In this document: positions 12,042 to 26,600 of the stretch, piece after piece | Position numbering within the stretch: position 1 is the first letter of the stretch | Layout of the letters: every line of letters starts with the position of its first letter | Assembly (NCBI GenBank): GCA_051294375.1 | Contig: CM119270.1 | Span: forward strand, 20,067,160 to 20,131,159 | Direction: 5' to 3' | DNA: 64,000 nt | From: Paraspadella gotoi | Taxonomy: Eukaryota > Animalia > Chaetognatha | The notes under the pieces: model-generated | Told to the model about the DNA's origin: nothing | Database searches by the model: none | Seen by the model: only the letters and a program-made list of their open reading frames with translations | Position numbers and translations under genes: made by a program

Positions 12042-15000
12042 CAATTGTTCTTTTTTGATCTCGTTGTCTTTCTCTCATTCTTGTTCTTTTTATTTTTTCC
12101 TTATTATCAAAACCAATATTCATTTTGAAGTCAGAGTTTCTTTCGTCGCTTCGGTTCATAAAATTCGAGCGAATGAAGAAAAAAATTAAGAAGAAAATGA
12201 AAAGAAACGAAAACTTGAAATAAAATCAATGATCCAAAAAATAAGAAGAAAAAGAAAAATGAATTCAAAAGAAAAAAAAAGGAAAAAAATGATGAAGAAA
12301 ATTGAAGAACAAAGGAAAAAGAATAGAATGGAGTTTGGGATTGATAGAAAGGCGCGGGAGAATATTAAGGACCCAGGTTGCAAGACATTGTGGTTTAATA
12401 ATTGAATAAGTTCAGATTTAAATATTTTAAAATCGGTTGTGCAAAAAAAAAATTATATAAAGAAAAGAAAATAATAAAAAAATTATATTAAAAAAAAAAG
12501 AAATTGACGTCGAAAATCGAAAAGAAAAAAAAGTTTCAATTCAAAAAAAATTTTGCGACGAAATTGCGAGTGAAAAACTATTCGAGTGGTGGCGTGAAAG
12601 CACCTGTGAGAAAAGGGAACCGTGATGCAATAGGGTGTGAAATCAGCTACGTAAGAAAAAGTGTGACAACAATTAAACGTTCTCAGTGAAAAGAAATAGA
12701 GATATAACAAACAGTAGCTAGTAAAATTAAAATTAAAATAAAACCGTAATGTCATGAAACTTTTAGAGAAGAGTACAAATTTCTTCGACATAGAAAAGTA
12801 AGGAAAGAAAATGCAACCAAAAGAGAAAGGTAAGTTCCTTATCATCGCAACATGACGGTAAGGTAGGGTAAGGAAGGGTAAGGTAAGGTCCTTGTCTCCG
12901 CTACATGATGTCCTCTTGGAAAATTTGAGAAAAAAAGAGCAGATTTTTTTATTGTAATTTATCAAGAATTCTCGCTGTTTTTTTTTCTTCGGACATTTTC
13001 CCTTCTTTTTTTTTCTCTTTTCTCTTTCCTTTACTTTTCATTTTCTTTTTTATTTTTCCAGTTCCCTTTTTTGTTCCCTATTTTCTTCTCTCTCCTCTTT
13101 CTTTCCTCCCGTTTTTTATTTTTTTCTCTCCTGTTTTATTATCATCCCGCCAGATGGAATCGTGGTCGTTTGGCGCCGCGAAGTTTTTTTTTTTTCATTT
13201 GATGGACTCTTGGCTCAGGGTAAGGAAAGAAGGGATTAAAATTTGATTGGTTCGGAGATTCTTTCAGAATTGGGGTAAGGTATGAGTCTCCTGTTTTGTT
13301 TCCATAAGCGCCCCAGAGAATGAATATCTTTAGAAATAAAAAGAGAAAAAAATATTAGAATAAAGGATTAAAACTTAAAAAAAAATTACAATAAAAGATT
13401 ATTACTTAATCCGAAAAAAGAAAAAAAAACCTAAGGAAATTCAACTGTTTTTTTCGAATTCTCACCCTAAACTCTTCAACATACATGTTTCACTCCTCAC
13501 TCCTCACTCCTCACTTCACTCTTCACTCTTCACTTTTCACCTTTCACCCTCCACCCTTTCCTCCCTCTTCCGCGTATCTTTCCCCTTCAACCCTCCACCT
13601 TTCTCGTCCACCCATCTACACCCTCCATCCCCACCATTTTCCACCCTCCACCTTTTGCCACCCTTCACCCATCGCCACCCGCCACCCTCCAGCGTCCACC
13701 ATTTTCCTCCCTTGCAAAAAAAGTGGAAACGAGGAAAAAACGCGACGAAAATATTCATTCACCCCAACACAGTTTTTTTATTGTGTGAACCGAATGCGTG
13801 ACACGTCGTCGGAGCAAAAAAAAAGTTCACAACACGAGTTTTTTGTCTTTTTTCTTTCTTTTCGTTAAATTCCCGATTTTTGCTTCGGAATGGAGAAGTG
13901 ACTTAATTAGTCGCTTTTTAGTCTGTCTCTCTTTCAGTTTGCAAATATTTTATGAAGACTTTAAAACCTTGAATACCTTAAAAAAATATATATATTAAAA
14001 AAAGGGTTCATTTTTTAAAATTTGTGTTTTGGAAAAAAAAGGAAAATGAAAGAGAAAAGAGAAAAAAATAACTGAAAAAAAAAATTAACAGAAGAAAATA
14101 AGAATTAAAAAAAAAACAACCTCCCTGACTGATTGAACTCTGGATTCAGTATTGATTGATTGATTAAACTCAGAATTTCAAAGTGATCGATTGATTGAAT
14201 AAACGCTGTATTAAGCATTGATTTATTGATTAAACACTGAATTTAATATTGATAGATTGATTGAATGAATGATTGAACGTCCAGTTAAACGCCATAATCA
14301 GTTTTTTTTTTCTTGTGCAGTTTTCCTCTCAACTCTCTGCCTCCCACGTCCCAAAGAGAGAGGATAGTATTAGTATAGTTTATAGGTTGGTTATGTATTA
14401 AATTCAAAATTTGATCAAAATTCCCTCTTTGGCAAGAGTCTGCGTTTATAATAAAATTTGCGAGCTTCAACTGAAAATTTACAAATTATGCATTCATGCC
14501 CAAGAAATATTAAATCAGTTAACATGTCCACGACCTTACTAAGATGGATTAAGGCCTCCGTCCCTTTACTAGATAACGAGAAAGAAGCTTCCTGCAATCT
14601 TCAATGAAGACTCACTCCACTTGCTTCACAACTCCAAGGACATTTGTCCTCTCAATGATACAATATTTCTAGAACTGTTTCACTTTCAACATTTTACATA
14701 CTGTTTGCTTCTTCTTTCATCGTCGTTTAGATTTTCATTGAATTTTCGTCCAGTTAACGTCCGTGTTCATCCTCTTGCCTCCTTCCTCCTCCTCCCTCCT
14801 CCGCTTTCACCTCAACCGCGTTATCGCGCTTTCAACAGAGAACGACGTGTTTTCACTTCTCTCCTTTTTTTTCGCTCCACATTTTTAATTCCGCGTTTAA
14901 AACCATTTTTTATCTGCCTCAATTTTAGCTCTCTCTCTCTCTCTCTCTCTTCCTCTCTCTCTCTCTCTCTCTCTCCTCTCTCTCTTCCTTCTCTCTCTCT

Positions 15001-16385
15001 CTCTCTCATTCCTTGGCTCTTCCATATCTTGACAACTCACAGACGAGAGAAATGTAACAAAAATTCTAAATAAAAGTTGACAACGCCGCCCAAAACTTTT
15101 TAAATTCTTCTCGAAAAAAAAAAAAAATTAAAGACGGACATCGAACGACAACAACAATAACAACAAAACCCGGTCGAAGACGACAACAACAACGACAATC
15201 GTTTTGAGTCTGTCTCCATTTTGTGGTGAACATCGTGCCGCTATCGACGCCACGGCGCATATCTTCCACCACTCAAACCCTCGTATCATCTCTGATCTTT
15301 AACCACTCAACACTTTGCCCACCACCTCAACCACCATCCTCCACTTTCCACCCAACCCCCTTTTTATCTCAATCCCACCCCTTCGCCCCAACACATCGCA
15401 ATTAATCCGGCGTCGAAACTTTTTGATGGCCGAATTCTTATCGAATCCTTTGCCCCATCTGCGTCGCGCGGAGGGAAAACCGGCGTGCCGGCGCTTCCAC
15501 TTTCACGGCGCCTAAAGACGGGCGTCGCCCGCGCGGCTTGAGAGAAGCGGCGACGCGGAATGAGGCGCCCGGCGACGACGACGATCGGCGCCGCGGCTTT
15601 CGTTCTTCTCCGTTCGACGACGTTGACGTCGCTTTCCTTGGGAGATTGAAAAAAAATAAAAACAGAGAAGAAAAGAAAATAAAAAGAACGTTTTGTCGAA
15701 AACGATTACAGAAACAGAATAAAGGATAAAGAAACAAAGACAGAAAACAAAGAGGCGCCTGATATTTGTTTTGTTTCGGCTCCTGATTTTGATTCATCAC
15801 CTGATTTGTTTTCTTCTTGGATAAGGTGAGTTTAGTCACGTGATCGGAGTTCAGGGTCTATTTGTTCTAAATTTTATTTATTTTAACCTTCGGTACCACT
15901 TAAGAATCTATGTCATCTCAGGGAAATTATTTTTAGCAACAATAAACATGGTATTTTAATTTTTATTCCGTCGTCGAAAATTCGATCGATATATACTGAA
16001 TTCAATTGTAACTTTATAACTGTTACATTTTAATTTGGTTCTAATGTTTGCTTCTTTATCTTATGAGTAAATCTTCATCATCAACTTTTATGCTCTCTGG
16101 TTTTTTTGCCCTTGCCATTGCCATTGGTCATTGCAAATGCCATTAAGGGCGTAAGCAGCAAAGCATTGCATTATGCAAATTAGATTTTCGTCGTTCACTT
16201 TATTCATGCATTCGCAACGCTTAAATTTCTAAATTTCCGGAAGCTTATTCGTGTCATGGAACTTTTGTGCCGAGAAAAGATTAACAAAAAGAAGAAACAT
16301 TTTACAATGGTTGTTTAAAAGTTAAGTTAATTATTTTTTTCCCCTTTTTTTTTGCCTCAAAAACCCGAAAGACGGCGGAAGAAGA

Positions 16386-16456
16386 ATGGAGTCTTCCGCC
16401 AGATTGGGAGAGTCATCGATGCCCGCCAGCCAGGTGGAACTGTCTCTTTCCTGCAG
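16386..16456 (+). CDS. Duplicate copy of the copine-like first coding exon (inside a tandem duplication)
   Basis: Same 71-nt coding sequence and donor as 11835-11905; probably redundant assembly. Confidence 0.4.
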
Positions 16457-16477
16457 GTAAGTTAGGTTTTTGACTCT

Positions 16478-16557
<80 letters not shown>

Positions 16558-18843
16558 TCAATTGTTCTTTTTGATCTCGTTGTCTTTCTCTCATTCTTGT
16601 TCTTTTTATTTTTTCCTTATTATCAAAACCAATATTCATTTTGAAGTCAGAGTTTCTTTCGTCGCTTCGGTTCATAAAATTCGAGCGAATGAAGAAAAAA
16701 ATTAAGAAGAAAATGAAAAGAAACGAAAACTTGAAATAAAATCAATGATCCAAAAAATAAGAAGAAAAGAAAAATGAATTCAAAGAAAAAAAAAGGAAAA
16801 ATGATGAAGAAAATTGAAGAACAAAGGAAAAAGAATAGAATGGAGTTTGGATTGATAGAAGGCGCGGGAGAATATTAAGGACCCAGGTTGCAAGACATTG
16901 TGGTTTAATAATTGAATAAGTTCAGTTTTATTTTTATCGGTTGTGCAAAAAAAAATTATATAAAGAAAAGAAAATAATAAAAAAATTATATTAAAAAAAA
17001 AGAAATTGACGTCGAAAATCGAAAAGAAAAAAAAGTTTCAATTCAAAAAAAATTTTGCGACGAAATTGCGAGTGAAAAACTATTCGAGTGGTGGCGTGAA
17101 AGCACCTGTGAGAAAAGGGAACCGTGATGCAATAGGGTGTGAAATCAGCTACGTAAGAAAAAGTGTGACAACAATTAAACGTTCTCAGTGAAAAGAAATA
17201 GAGATATAACAAACAGTAGCTAGTAAAATTAAAATTAAAATAAAAACCGTAATGTCATGACTTTTAGAGAAGAGTACAAATTTCTTCGACATAGAAAAGT
17301 AAGGAAAGAAAATGCAACCAAAAGAGAAAGGTAAGTTCCTTATCATCGCAACATGACGGTAAGGTAGGTAAGGAAGGTAAGGTAAGGTCCTTGTCTCCGC
17401 TACATGATGTCCTCTTGGAAAATTTGAGAAAAAAAAGAGCAGATTTTTTTATTGTAATTTATCAAGAATTCTCGCTGTTTTTTTTTCTTCGGACATTTTC
17501 CCTTCTTTTTTTTCTCTTTTCTCTTTCCTTTACTTTTCATTTTCTTTTTTATTTTTCCAGTTCCCTTTTTTGTTCCCTATTTTCTTCTCTCTCCTCTTTC
17601 TTTCCTCCCTTTTTTTATTTTTTCTCTCCTGTTTTATTATCATCCCGCCAGATGGAATCGTGGTCGTTTGGCGCCGCGAAGTTTTTTTTTTTTTCATTTG
17701 ATGGACTCTTTGGCTCAGGGTAAGGAAAGAAGGGATTAAAAATTTGATTGGTTCGGAGATTCTTTCAGAATTGGGGTAAGGTATGAGTCTCCTGTTTTGT
17801 TTCCATAAGCGCCCCAGAGAATGAATATCTTTAGAAATAAAAAGAGAAAAAAATATTAGAATAAAGGATTAAAACTTAAAAAAAAATTACATAAAAGATT
17901 ATTACTTAATCCGAAAAAGAAAAAAAACCTAAGGAAATTCAACTGTTTTTTCGAATTCTCACCCTAACTCTTCAACATACATGTTTCACTCCTCACTCCT
18001 CACTCCTCACTTCACTCTTCACTCTTCACTTTTCACCTTTCACCCTCCACCCTTTCCTCCCTCTTCCGCGTATCTTTTCCCCTTCAACCCTCCCCTTTCT
18101 CGTCCACCATCTACACCCTCCATCCCACCATTTTCCACCCTCCACCTTTTGCCACCCTTCACCATCGCCACCCGCCACCTCCAGCGTCCACCATTTTCCT
18201 CCCTTGCAAAAAAAGTGGAAACGAGGAAAAAACGCGACGAAAATATTCATTCACCCCAACACAGTTTTTTTATTGTGTGAACCGAATGCGTGACACGTCG
18301 TCGGAGCAAAAAAAAAGTTCACAACACGAGTTTTTTGTCTTTTTTCTTTCTTTTCGTTAAATTCCCGATTTTTGCTTCGGAATGGAGAAGTGACTTAATT
18401 AGTCGCTTTTTAAGTCTGTCTCTCTTTCAGTTTGCAAAATATTTATGAAGACTTTAAAACCTTGAATACCTTAAAAAAATAATATATTATTAAAAAAAGG
18501 GTTCATTTTTTAAAATTTGTGTTTGGAAAAAAAGAGGAAAATGAAGAGAAAAAGAGAAAAATAACTGAAAAAAAAAATTAACAGAAGAAATAAGAATTAA
18601 AAAAAAAACAACCTCCCTGACTGATTGAACTCTGGATTCAGTATTGATTGATTGATTAAACTCAGAATTTCAAAGTGATCGATTGATTGAATAAACGCTG
18701 TATTAAGCATTGATTTATTGATTAAACACTGAATTTAATATTGATAGATTGATTGAATGAATGATTGAACGTCCAGTTAAACGCCATAATCAGTTTTTTT
18801 TTTCTTGTGCAGTTTTCCTCTCAACTCTCTGCCTCCCACGTCC

Positions 18844-20105
18844 CGCTCTGAGTTCTCTCCCCCCCCTCCCCTCCCCTTCCGCTGCATTTTTTATTCCCTA
18901 ATATTTTTGGTTTACATTGTGACTCTTTTATTCATTTCTCCATTCACTGGTTTTCTGCCGTCGAGAAGTTCGATTTTTCCGCGAAATTTTGTTTTTTTCA
19001 ATTATCTTTCCATTATGAATCTTTATCCTCCTCACGGCCCAACCCCCCCCTTCCCTTTTGGTATCCTTCAATTCACCTTCTACACCCATTTAAGACTTAA
19101 TTTCTGCACCCCTTCTCATCCCCTATCCATTTCCATCCCCTCCTTACCCTCTCTCAGCTTTTATAAATCCCTTTCTACTTTTTCCATCATTGCGTTCATT
19201 GAACCCGATCTTTCCATTTGTTTTCTCACTTTTCTTTTCTATGTATCTTTTTCGTTTCCCCCCCCCCCCCGACATCATCCCCTCCCCCCTGCGCGCGGAG
19301 ATTTCATCTTTGTTGTTTGTTTCCTCTTTTCCTTCTCCGACTCGCTTCTTTCCTCCCACTTTTCCACTTTTCCACTCTTTAACTCCTTTCTCCTTCTTTC
19401 TTCTTTCCTTTCCTTAAATTAATATCTTTCCTCCTTTTCACCTTCTCCTTCCCTTGATTACGNNNNNNNNNNNNNNNNNNNNNNNNNCGCTCTGAGTTCT
19501 CTCCCCCCCTCCCCCTCCCCTTCCGCTGCATTTTTTATTCCCTAATATTTTTGGTTTACATTGTGACTCTTTTATTCATTTCTCCATTCACTGGTTTCTG
19601 CCGTCGAGAAGTTCGATTTTTCCGCGAAATTTTGTTTTTTCAATTATCTTTCCAATTATGAATCTTTATCCTCCTCACGGCCCAACACCCCCCCTCCCTT
19701 TGTATACATCCTTCAATTCACCTTCTACACCCATTTAAGACTTAATTTCTGCACCCCTTCTCATCCCCTATCCATTTCCATCCCCTCCTTACCCCTCTCT
19801 CAGCTTTTATAAATCCTTTCTACTTTTTCCATCATTGCGTTCATTGAACCCGATCTTTCCATTTGTTTTCTCACTTTTCTTTTCTATGTATCTTTTTCGT
19901 TTCCCCCCCCCCCGACATCATCCCCTCCCCCCTGCGCGCGGAGATTTCATCTTTGTTGTTTGTTTCCTCTTTTCCTTCTCCGACTCGCTTCTTTCCTCCC
20001 ACTTTTCCACTTTTCCACTCTTTAACTCCTTTCCTCCTTCTTTCTTCTTTCCTTTCCTTAAATTAATATCTTTCCTCCTTTTCACCTTTCCTTCCCTTCA
20101 TTACT
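18844..20105. repeat. ~620-bp duplication on either side of a 25-N gap (18844-19462 / 19488-~20105)
   Basis: cgctctgagttctctcccc restarts immediately after the N run at 19463-19487; looks like an unmerged contig overlap. Confidence 0.92.
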
Positions 20106-20590
20106 TTCCTTCTTTCTTCCTTTTCACCTTTCCTCCTCTTAATTCCTTTCATTCTTCTTTCCTTTTCAATTCCTTCCCTTCATTACTTTCCTCCTTACCT
20201 CCTTTTCACCTTTCCTCCTCTTCACTCCTTTCCTCCTTCCTTCATTTTCACCTTTTCTCCTCTTCATTTCGTTTCATCCTTCGTTCCTTTTCACCTTTCC
20301 TACACTTCATTCCTTTCCTTCTTCCTTTCTTTAACATTTCCTCTCTTAATTCGTTTCCTCCTTCTTTCCTTTTCATCTTTCCTCCTCTTCACTCCTTTCC
20401 TCCTTCCTTTATTTTCACCTTTCCTTCCTTTCATTCCTTTCCTTCTTTCTTCCTTCTTACCTTTCCTCATCTTCATTCCTTTCCTCCTTCCTTCCTTTTC
20501 ACCTTTCCTCCTCTTAATTCCTTTCCTCCTTCCTTCCTTTTCACCTTTCTTCCTTTTCATTCCTTTCCTCCTTCCTCTCACTCTCTTCTC
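20040..20590. repeat. Polypyrimidine degenerate minisatellite (~39-bp period); repeated at 25621-26110
   Basis: ttcacctttcctcctcttaattcctttcctccttccttcctt-like units, almost G-free. Confidence 0.8.
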
Positions 20591-21099
20591 TACCTCCAAT
20601 CGCAAGATTAATGTAATCCAATTAAGTCTTCCTCCAACCCTTGGCGCCATTTCAATTCTTTGTTTACATCCTTTTAGTTTTATATATTTATTTCCTTTAT
20701 AAAAAAAAAAAAACATTTTTTTTTCCGCGTGAAAAAATAAAGGTTTTCTTAAAAAAAAAAAAAAAATGACGGATTCAGTAATTTACTAATTAGCTAACTG
20801 AGGCTTTGGCCTTTTCGAAAGCTTCTTTAATGAAAATGTTTTTAACAATATTCTTCTTTCAACTTTACGCCTCTGAATTTGGCATCTCGAACAAAAACTT
20901 CAATTTGCATATTTTGGCATCACGTCGCTACGATTTTCTTCGTATCGGAATTTTTAATTAACAGAATCATTTTCACAAGAAATAAGTACAACCAATATTA
21001 CTCTCGCTTTAGTCTTAAAATATCTGAAAATATTTAAATATTTAAATATTAATATAGGAATATTAAATATCTTTACATATCGGAAAATATTTATGTTTG

Positions 21100-21545
21100 G
21101 GAAAAATAAGAACGGTAATTCAAATGTGTTGCGCCGAAGTGACTGTCTTATCACATGTATTTCTCGTTATATGACATGACATAATGTGACGTACATGAAA
21201 TGGCGTGACATGACATGAATTCATGACTACAATAACTTATTAAATTTCTTCGACCGTGTATTTATGATATGCACTGCATCAAAATTCTATTTTTTAATCA
21301 TTATAGTTTTAGGATTTTCTAAAGATGGCGCTCGCAGTCCCTTAGATTTGAGGTTTTTATCTGTCTTAACCTATGAGCACTATAGGCAAATTATATGCAT
21401 TTTTACCGTAAGTAGGACAGACCGACGGAGAGACATACCGACCAACCGATGGACGAACTGACGGACCGAACGACTGACTGACAGACAGACCAACCGAAAA
21501 GTGACTTATAGAGTTGCTCCGCGAGTACTCGTGGCGCAACTAAGA
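21100..21545 (+). mobile_element. Non-autonomous Helentron/DINE-1-like element (GACC/GACA microsatellite plus terminal hairpin)
   Basis: (GACN)n tract followed by ttatagAGTTGCtCCGCGAGtaCTCGTGGcGCAACTaa stem-loop. Homologous copies at ~26650-27090, 54125-54205, 58625-58720(-), 59050-59430 and 61710-62060. The class assignment is by structural analogy. Confidence 0.65.
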
Positions 21546-22733
21546 ACCGCTTTTGTTCCGATTTGTCTTATCACCTAGTATTGTATATATTTAGATTTTC
21601 TCTATTTCTATTTCAATTTTTATTAATTTAAGGATAATTTTTAATAAAAAAAGGTTTAATTTTAAGTTTCGTAAATTTTAACTTTTTTTTTTTGTACATT
21701 GCAAAAAGTAGACAAAGTAGAAAAAGTGTCGCAAAGTCATAATTATGTTCACGAGAAAAAGTCTCGTCTGAATAAAATTATTCTACTTCACTTTGCAAAC
21801 GTCCTTCTTTCTTTCTTTCTTTCTTTCTTTCTTTTTTTTCTTTCTTTCTTTCTTTCTTTATTTATTTTTTTCGCTTTGATTCTTTTTCATTTGTTCTTCA
21901 TCTGTCTTCAATTCTTTCTTTATGTTCATTGTTTCCTTTTTTATGTTCTTTATTTCTTTTATTTCTTCCGGACATTTTTTCTTTTTTTCATTTTTCTCCC
22001 ATTTTCTTATTTTTATAATTTTCCGCTTCCAACTTCCAGATCGACCGACCGACCAAGACCACCTGAGACCAAAAGAGAAAGAAATTATAATCTTTTCTCT
22101 TCATAATTTCTTTTTTAAATTTTCAAATTACATGTGTAAAATTAAAATAAATTTATAAAATACAAATGAGTTTTTCATTATTATCAAAAGCGAGGGAACC
22201 TTTCTAAATGTAATATTTAAAATATCTCGTTTTAATGTAAACTAGTAATTTAAAAGAAATTGCCCATTTTGACTGAACGTTGAAGTGAGATGTTTACAAT
22301 AATGTAACTACAGCATTGAAAACGGCGTCCTTCCTTCTCGTTACCAAAGAGAAAAGTTACTATCTAAAAAATCAAAGAGCAGCCATTGGTCAGAGAGGTC
22401 AGCGATAGGGTCGGATTGAGGTCACGTCGAGGTCAATTAGAGGTCATCCATTGACCACTCCAGCTCGGAACCTCGAAGCGAGTAAACTTCCGCCATTTCC
22501 CTATTTTTTTCTTCTCTCGCCGCCAGAAGGAGGAAGAAGGGTTGCTCTTCTGTTTATCCATGCTTTTTTTCCCCTCGCTCGTCGTCTTTTTCGCGCTCTG
22601 GTGATTGACTCGGTTCTTACCTGGTAAACAGAGAAAAGGGAAGGACCCATTTTTTTCGCGCCTCTGACAATCTGGGTCTCGTGTATCGAGAGAGTTCGAC
22701 CGCGAATATGTGGGTAGAAAAAGAGGGAAGGAT

Positions 22734-22786
<53 letters not shown>

Positions 22787-23113
22787 CCTTAAACTTAATG
22801 GGAGGTTAAACGGAAGAATAAAAAAATAATTTTAACTAATGTAACTAAAAGAACATGAATAACAGATGCGTTGGTATATTAGGGAATAGGGAGATACTAC
22901 ATATACATTATATATACATATTTAGCTATATTTATATTTAAAATTGTATAAAATTGAGGATCATAGAGTCGAACGGAAGAAAAGAACGATATCTATTACT
23001 GAATGAGGAAAAGAGAATCTCTCGTGTGACATTGGTAAGGAGGTGAGTTAGTTTCACGAGGTCGCGGTGAAGAAGAATCTCTTGTGACACGAAGAGAGAG
23101 AGAGAGATGAGAG

Positions 23114-23171
<58 letters not shown>

Positions 23172-23254
23172 GTATTTGAAAAGGTCAAAAAAAAGAAAAG
23201 CCTGCGTTAATGCAGAGAGAGAGACACACAAATTTCACAGATTTTTTACAAGGT

Positions 23255-23680
23255 CAAAAGAAGATAGAGAAGGAGAGGTATTTTTTAAAGGTCAAAGAAG
23301 AAGATAGAGAAGGCGAGGTATTTTTAAAGAGACCAAAAAAGAAGATAGAGAAGGAGAAGTATTTTTAAATAGGTCGATAGAAGAAGATAGAGAAGGAGAG
23401 GTTTTTCTTAAAAGGTCGAAAGAAGAAGATACAGAAGGAGAGTTATTTTTAAACAGATCCAAAGAAAAAAATAGAGAAGGAGAAGTATTTTTTAAAGAGG
23501 TCGAAGAAGATGATAGAGAAGGAGAAGTATTTTTAAAGAGGTCGATAGAAGAAGATAGAGAAGGAGAAGTATTTTTAAATAGGTCGATAGAAGAAGATAG
23601 AGAAGGAAGAAGTATTTTTAAATAGGTCGATAGAAGAAGATAGAGAAGGAGAGGTGTTTTCTAAAAGATTGAAGAAGAAG
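23255..23680. repeat. 42-bp purine-rich minisatellite (copy 1)
   Basis: Unit gaagaagatagagaaggagaagtatttttaaataggtcgata, about 9-10 copies. Confidence 0.9.
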
Positions 23681-26600
23681 AATCTCAAGTGACTCGAGGA
23701 ACGAGAAGGATATTATTATTTTGGTGCGAGGTCAGAAGAAGAAGGGGTCGAGAAGGAGGCAACGCGAGGGGAAATCTGATGTTGACATTGGTGGGGTAAG
23801 GAAGGGGTTTTGGGTAGGGAAGGGGTTGGGGTAGGGTAGGGGTTGAGGATAGAAGGTTAGGATGATAGAAAGGGTCATTGAGAGAGAACAAAGAGAAGGT
23901 CAGGTAGAGAATCAGAGTTTGGAAGAGATTGAAAAAGCGGAAAGAAAACAGAAAGAAAGACAGAAAGAAAGAAAGACAGAAAGAAAAAAAAGAAAGAAAA
24001 GGGAAGCCATCTTTTTATTATTCAAGGAAATAAATGGCAGAAAAAAAAATATTTTATTTTCCTTTAAAAAAAATCATTTCCACGAATATTTATCTCTGTC
24101 AAAAACTCGTTTTCTCTCTCAGGAATTTCTGGGTTCCTTCCTTTCCTCTCCCCTTTTATTGTTGTTGTTGTTGTTGTTGTTGTTATTGCCATCAATCAAA
24201 GTGATTGCCTTTCATATTTCAAGATTCTGTTCTCCTGGTGTTCTGCCTCTGGTTTTTTTTTATTTTGCCGTTTTTATTATTTATTTGTATTATTGTTTAT
24301 ATAGCTAAAATTCATTTTAGACAAGTTTTGTCTATTTAAAGAAAAAAAACTCAAACTACTGTACTGTTTTACGAATAATAAAATATACATATGGAGCCAT
24401 GTATTATATTTACATAACAAACCAAACAGGGTTAATAGAAAACTGATAAGAAATATTTACAATATTTTTTTTAAAAAATAAACAGAAAATCATAATTTAT
24501 GATTGGCATCCCGTCTATGGTTGGCGACGTTTTCAATCTCTTGAATTGTGTCATTGAGAAAGGTGAACAGGATTCCCAGGTGTTGGCTCGTTATTAAACT
24601 TCATTTGTTCTCTTGCAGCAGGCCTCTATTTAAAACCTCATTTGCATATTATTATTTTTTCTCGTACTTTTTCTTTTATTCTTATACAACGCTTTCATTT
24701 CAATTGACTTTATCTTGCTTAACCCACGCTTAGTTTCGCCTTCGTTCCTTTTCCCTTTTGTTCTAAATTTGATTTCCCGACTTCAATCCATTTTGAAACC
24801 AGATTCATTTTCCCTGCCAATCGCTTTTCGCATTATCGTAACTCGTAGTGAGTTTCCAGGAATAACGTTAAATTTGACTCACAATTTGGAACCTGAGAAT
24901 ATCGTTCCCTTAACTTTTAAAATGACGTTAAATTTGTTACAATTTGAAAACCGGAGAAGATTGTCCCCTTAACTTTAAAAGACCGAACTTATACTTTAAC
25001 TTCAACTAAAACTTTAAAATCAAAACTTTTTTTGTAGCAAAGGTCCATTTGGTCTATCAGATCCATCTACTGGTCCATTTCCTGCGATGGTAGAAAAAAA
25101 AACAAAAAAGAAACTATCGAGAAAAACCTGATTTCAAAAAAAATTGCTTACCAGATGCTAACAAAGCATAACGAAAATAAAGTTTTTTTTGTCATCAACT
25201 CATTGCGTTTTTTCGATAATGGGGTCAAACGATTCTCTTTTGTCGATTCACCTTGATTTGCTTTGTGTTGCTCCTCTGATTCCTTTCTTGTTTAACGCTT
25301 TAACGCCGCAACCTCGGAACGTACCATTTGAACTCATTTTAAACCCTTAGCCTAACTTAATTAAATATCATTCGACTATTTTCTTCTTGTCTTTCTTCCT
25401 TCATAAATCTTTTCCATACTTCGTCATAGTAAAGACATATTTTTTCTTCTTTCCTATTCCTTGTCTCCTCATATAAGTTATTCCCATTTTTTTTCCATAA
25501 TAAAAAAAAAGAAAACAGATTTTTGTCTTGCGATTTTAAACTCCTGAGGTTTTTTGACGGAAGGGGAGATGCGGTGGGGTGGGTTGAAGCGGTTGGTAGG
25601 GTTGCAAAGGGTGAAAGGGTCTTCCCTTCATTACTTTCCTTCTTTCTTCCTTTTCACCTTTCCTCCTCTTAATTCCTTTCATTCTTCTTTCCTTTTCAAT
25701 TCCTTCCCTTCATTACTTTCCTCCTTACCTCCTTTTCACCTTTCCTCCTCTTCACTCCTTTCCTCCTTCCTTCATTTTCACCTTTTCTCCTCTTCATTCG
25801 TTTCATCCTTCGTTCCTTTTCACCTTTCCTACACTTCATTCCTTTCCTTCTTCCTTTCTTTTAACATTTCCTCTCTTAATTCGTTTCCTCCTTCTTTCCT
25901 TTTCATCTTTCCTCCTCTTCACTCCTTTCCTCCTTCCTTTATTTTCACCTTTCCTTCCTTTCATTCCTTTCCTTCTTTCTTCCTTCTTACCTTTCCTCAT
26001 CTTCATTCCTTTCCTCCTTCCTTCCTTTTCACCTTTCCTCCTCTTAATTCCTTTCCTCCTTCCTTCCTTTTCACCTTTCTTCCTTTTCATTCCTTTCCTC
26101 CTTCCTCTCACTCTCTTCTCTACCTCCAATCGCAAGATTAATGTAATCCAATTAAGTCTTCCTCCAACCCTTGGCGCCATTTCAATTCTTTGTTTACATC
26201 CTTTTAGTTTTATATATTTATTTCCTTTATAAAAAAAAAAAACATTTTTTTTCCGCGTGAAAAAATAAAGGTTTTCTTAAAAAAAAAAAAAAATGACGGA
26301 TTCAGTAATTTACTAATTAGCTAACTGAGGCTTTGGCCTTTTCGAAAGCTTCTTTAATGAAAATGTTTTTAACAATATTCTTCTTTCAACTTTACGCCTC
26401 TGAATTTGGCATCTCGAACAAATAACTTCAATTTGCATATTTTGGCATCACGTCGCTACGAGAGAAAGATTTAAAGATTTTCTTCGTATCGGAATTTTTA
26501 ATTAACAGAATCATTTTCACATGAAATAAGTACAACCAATATTACTCTCGGCTTTAGTCTTAAAATATCTGAAAATATTTAAATATTTAAATATTAATAT

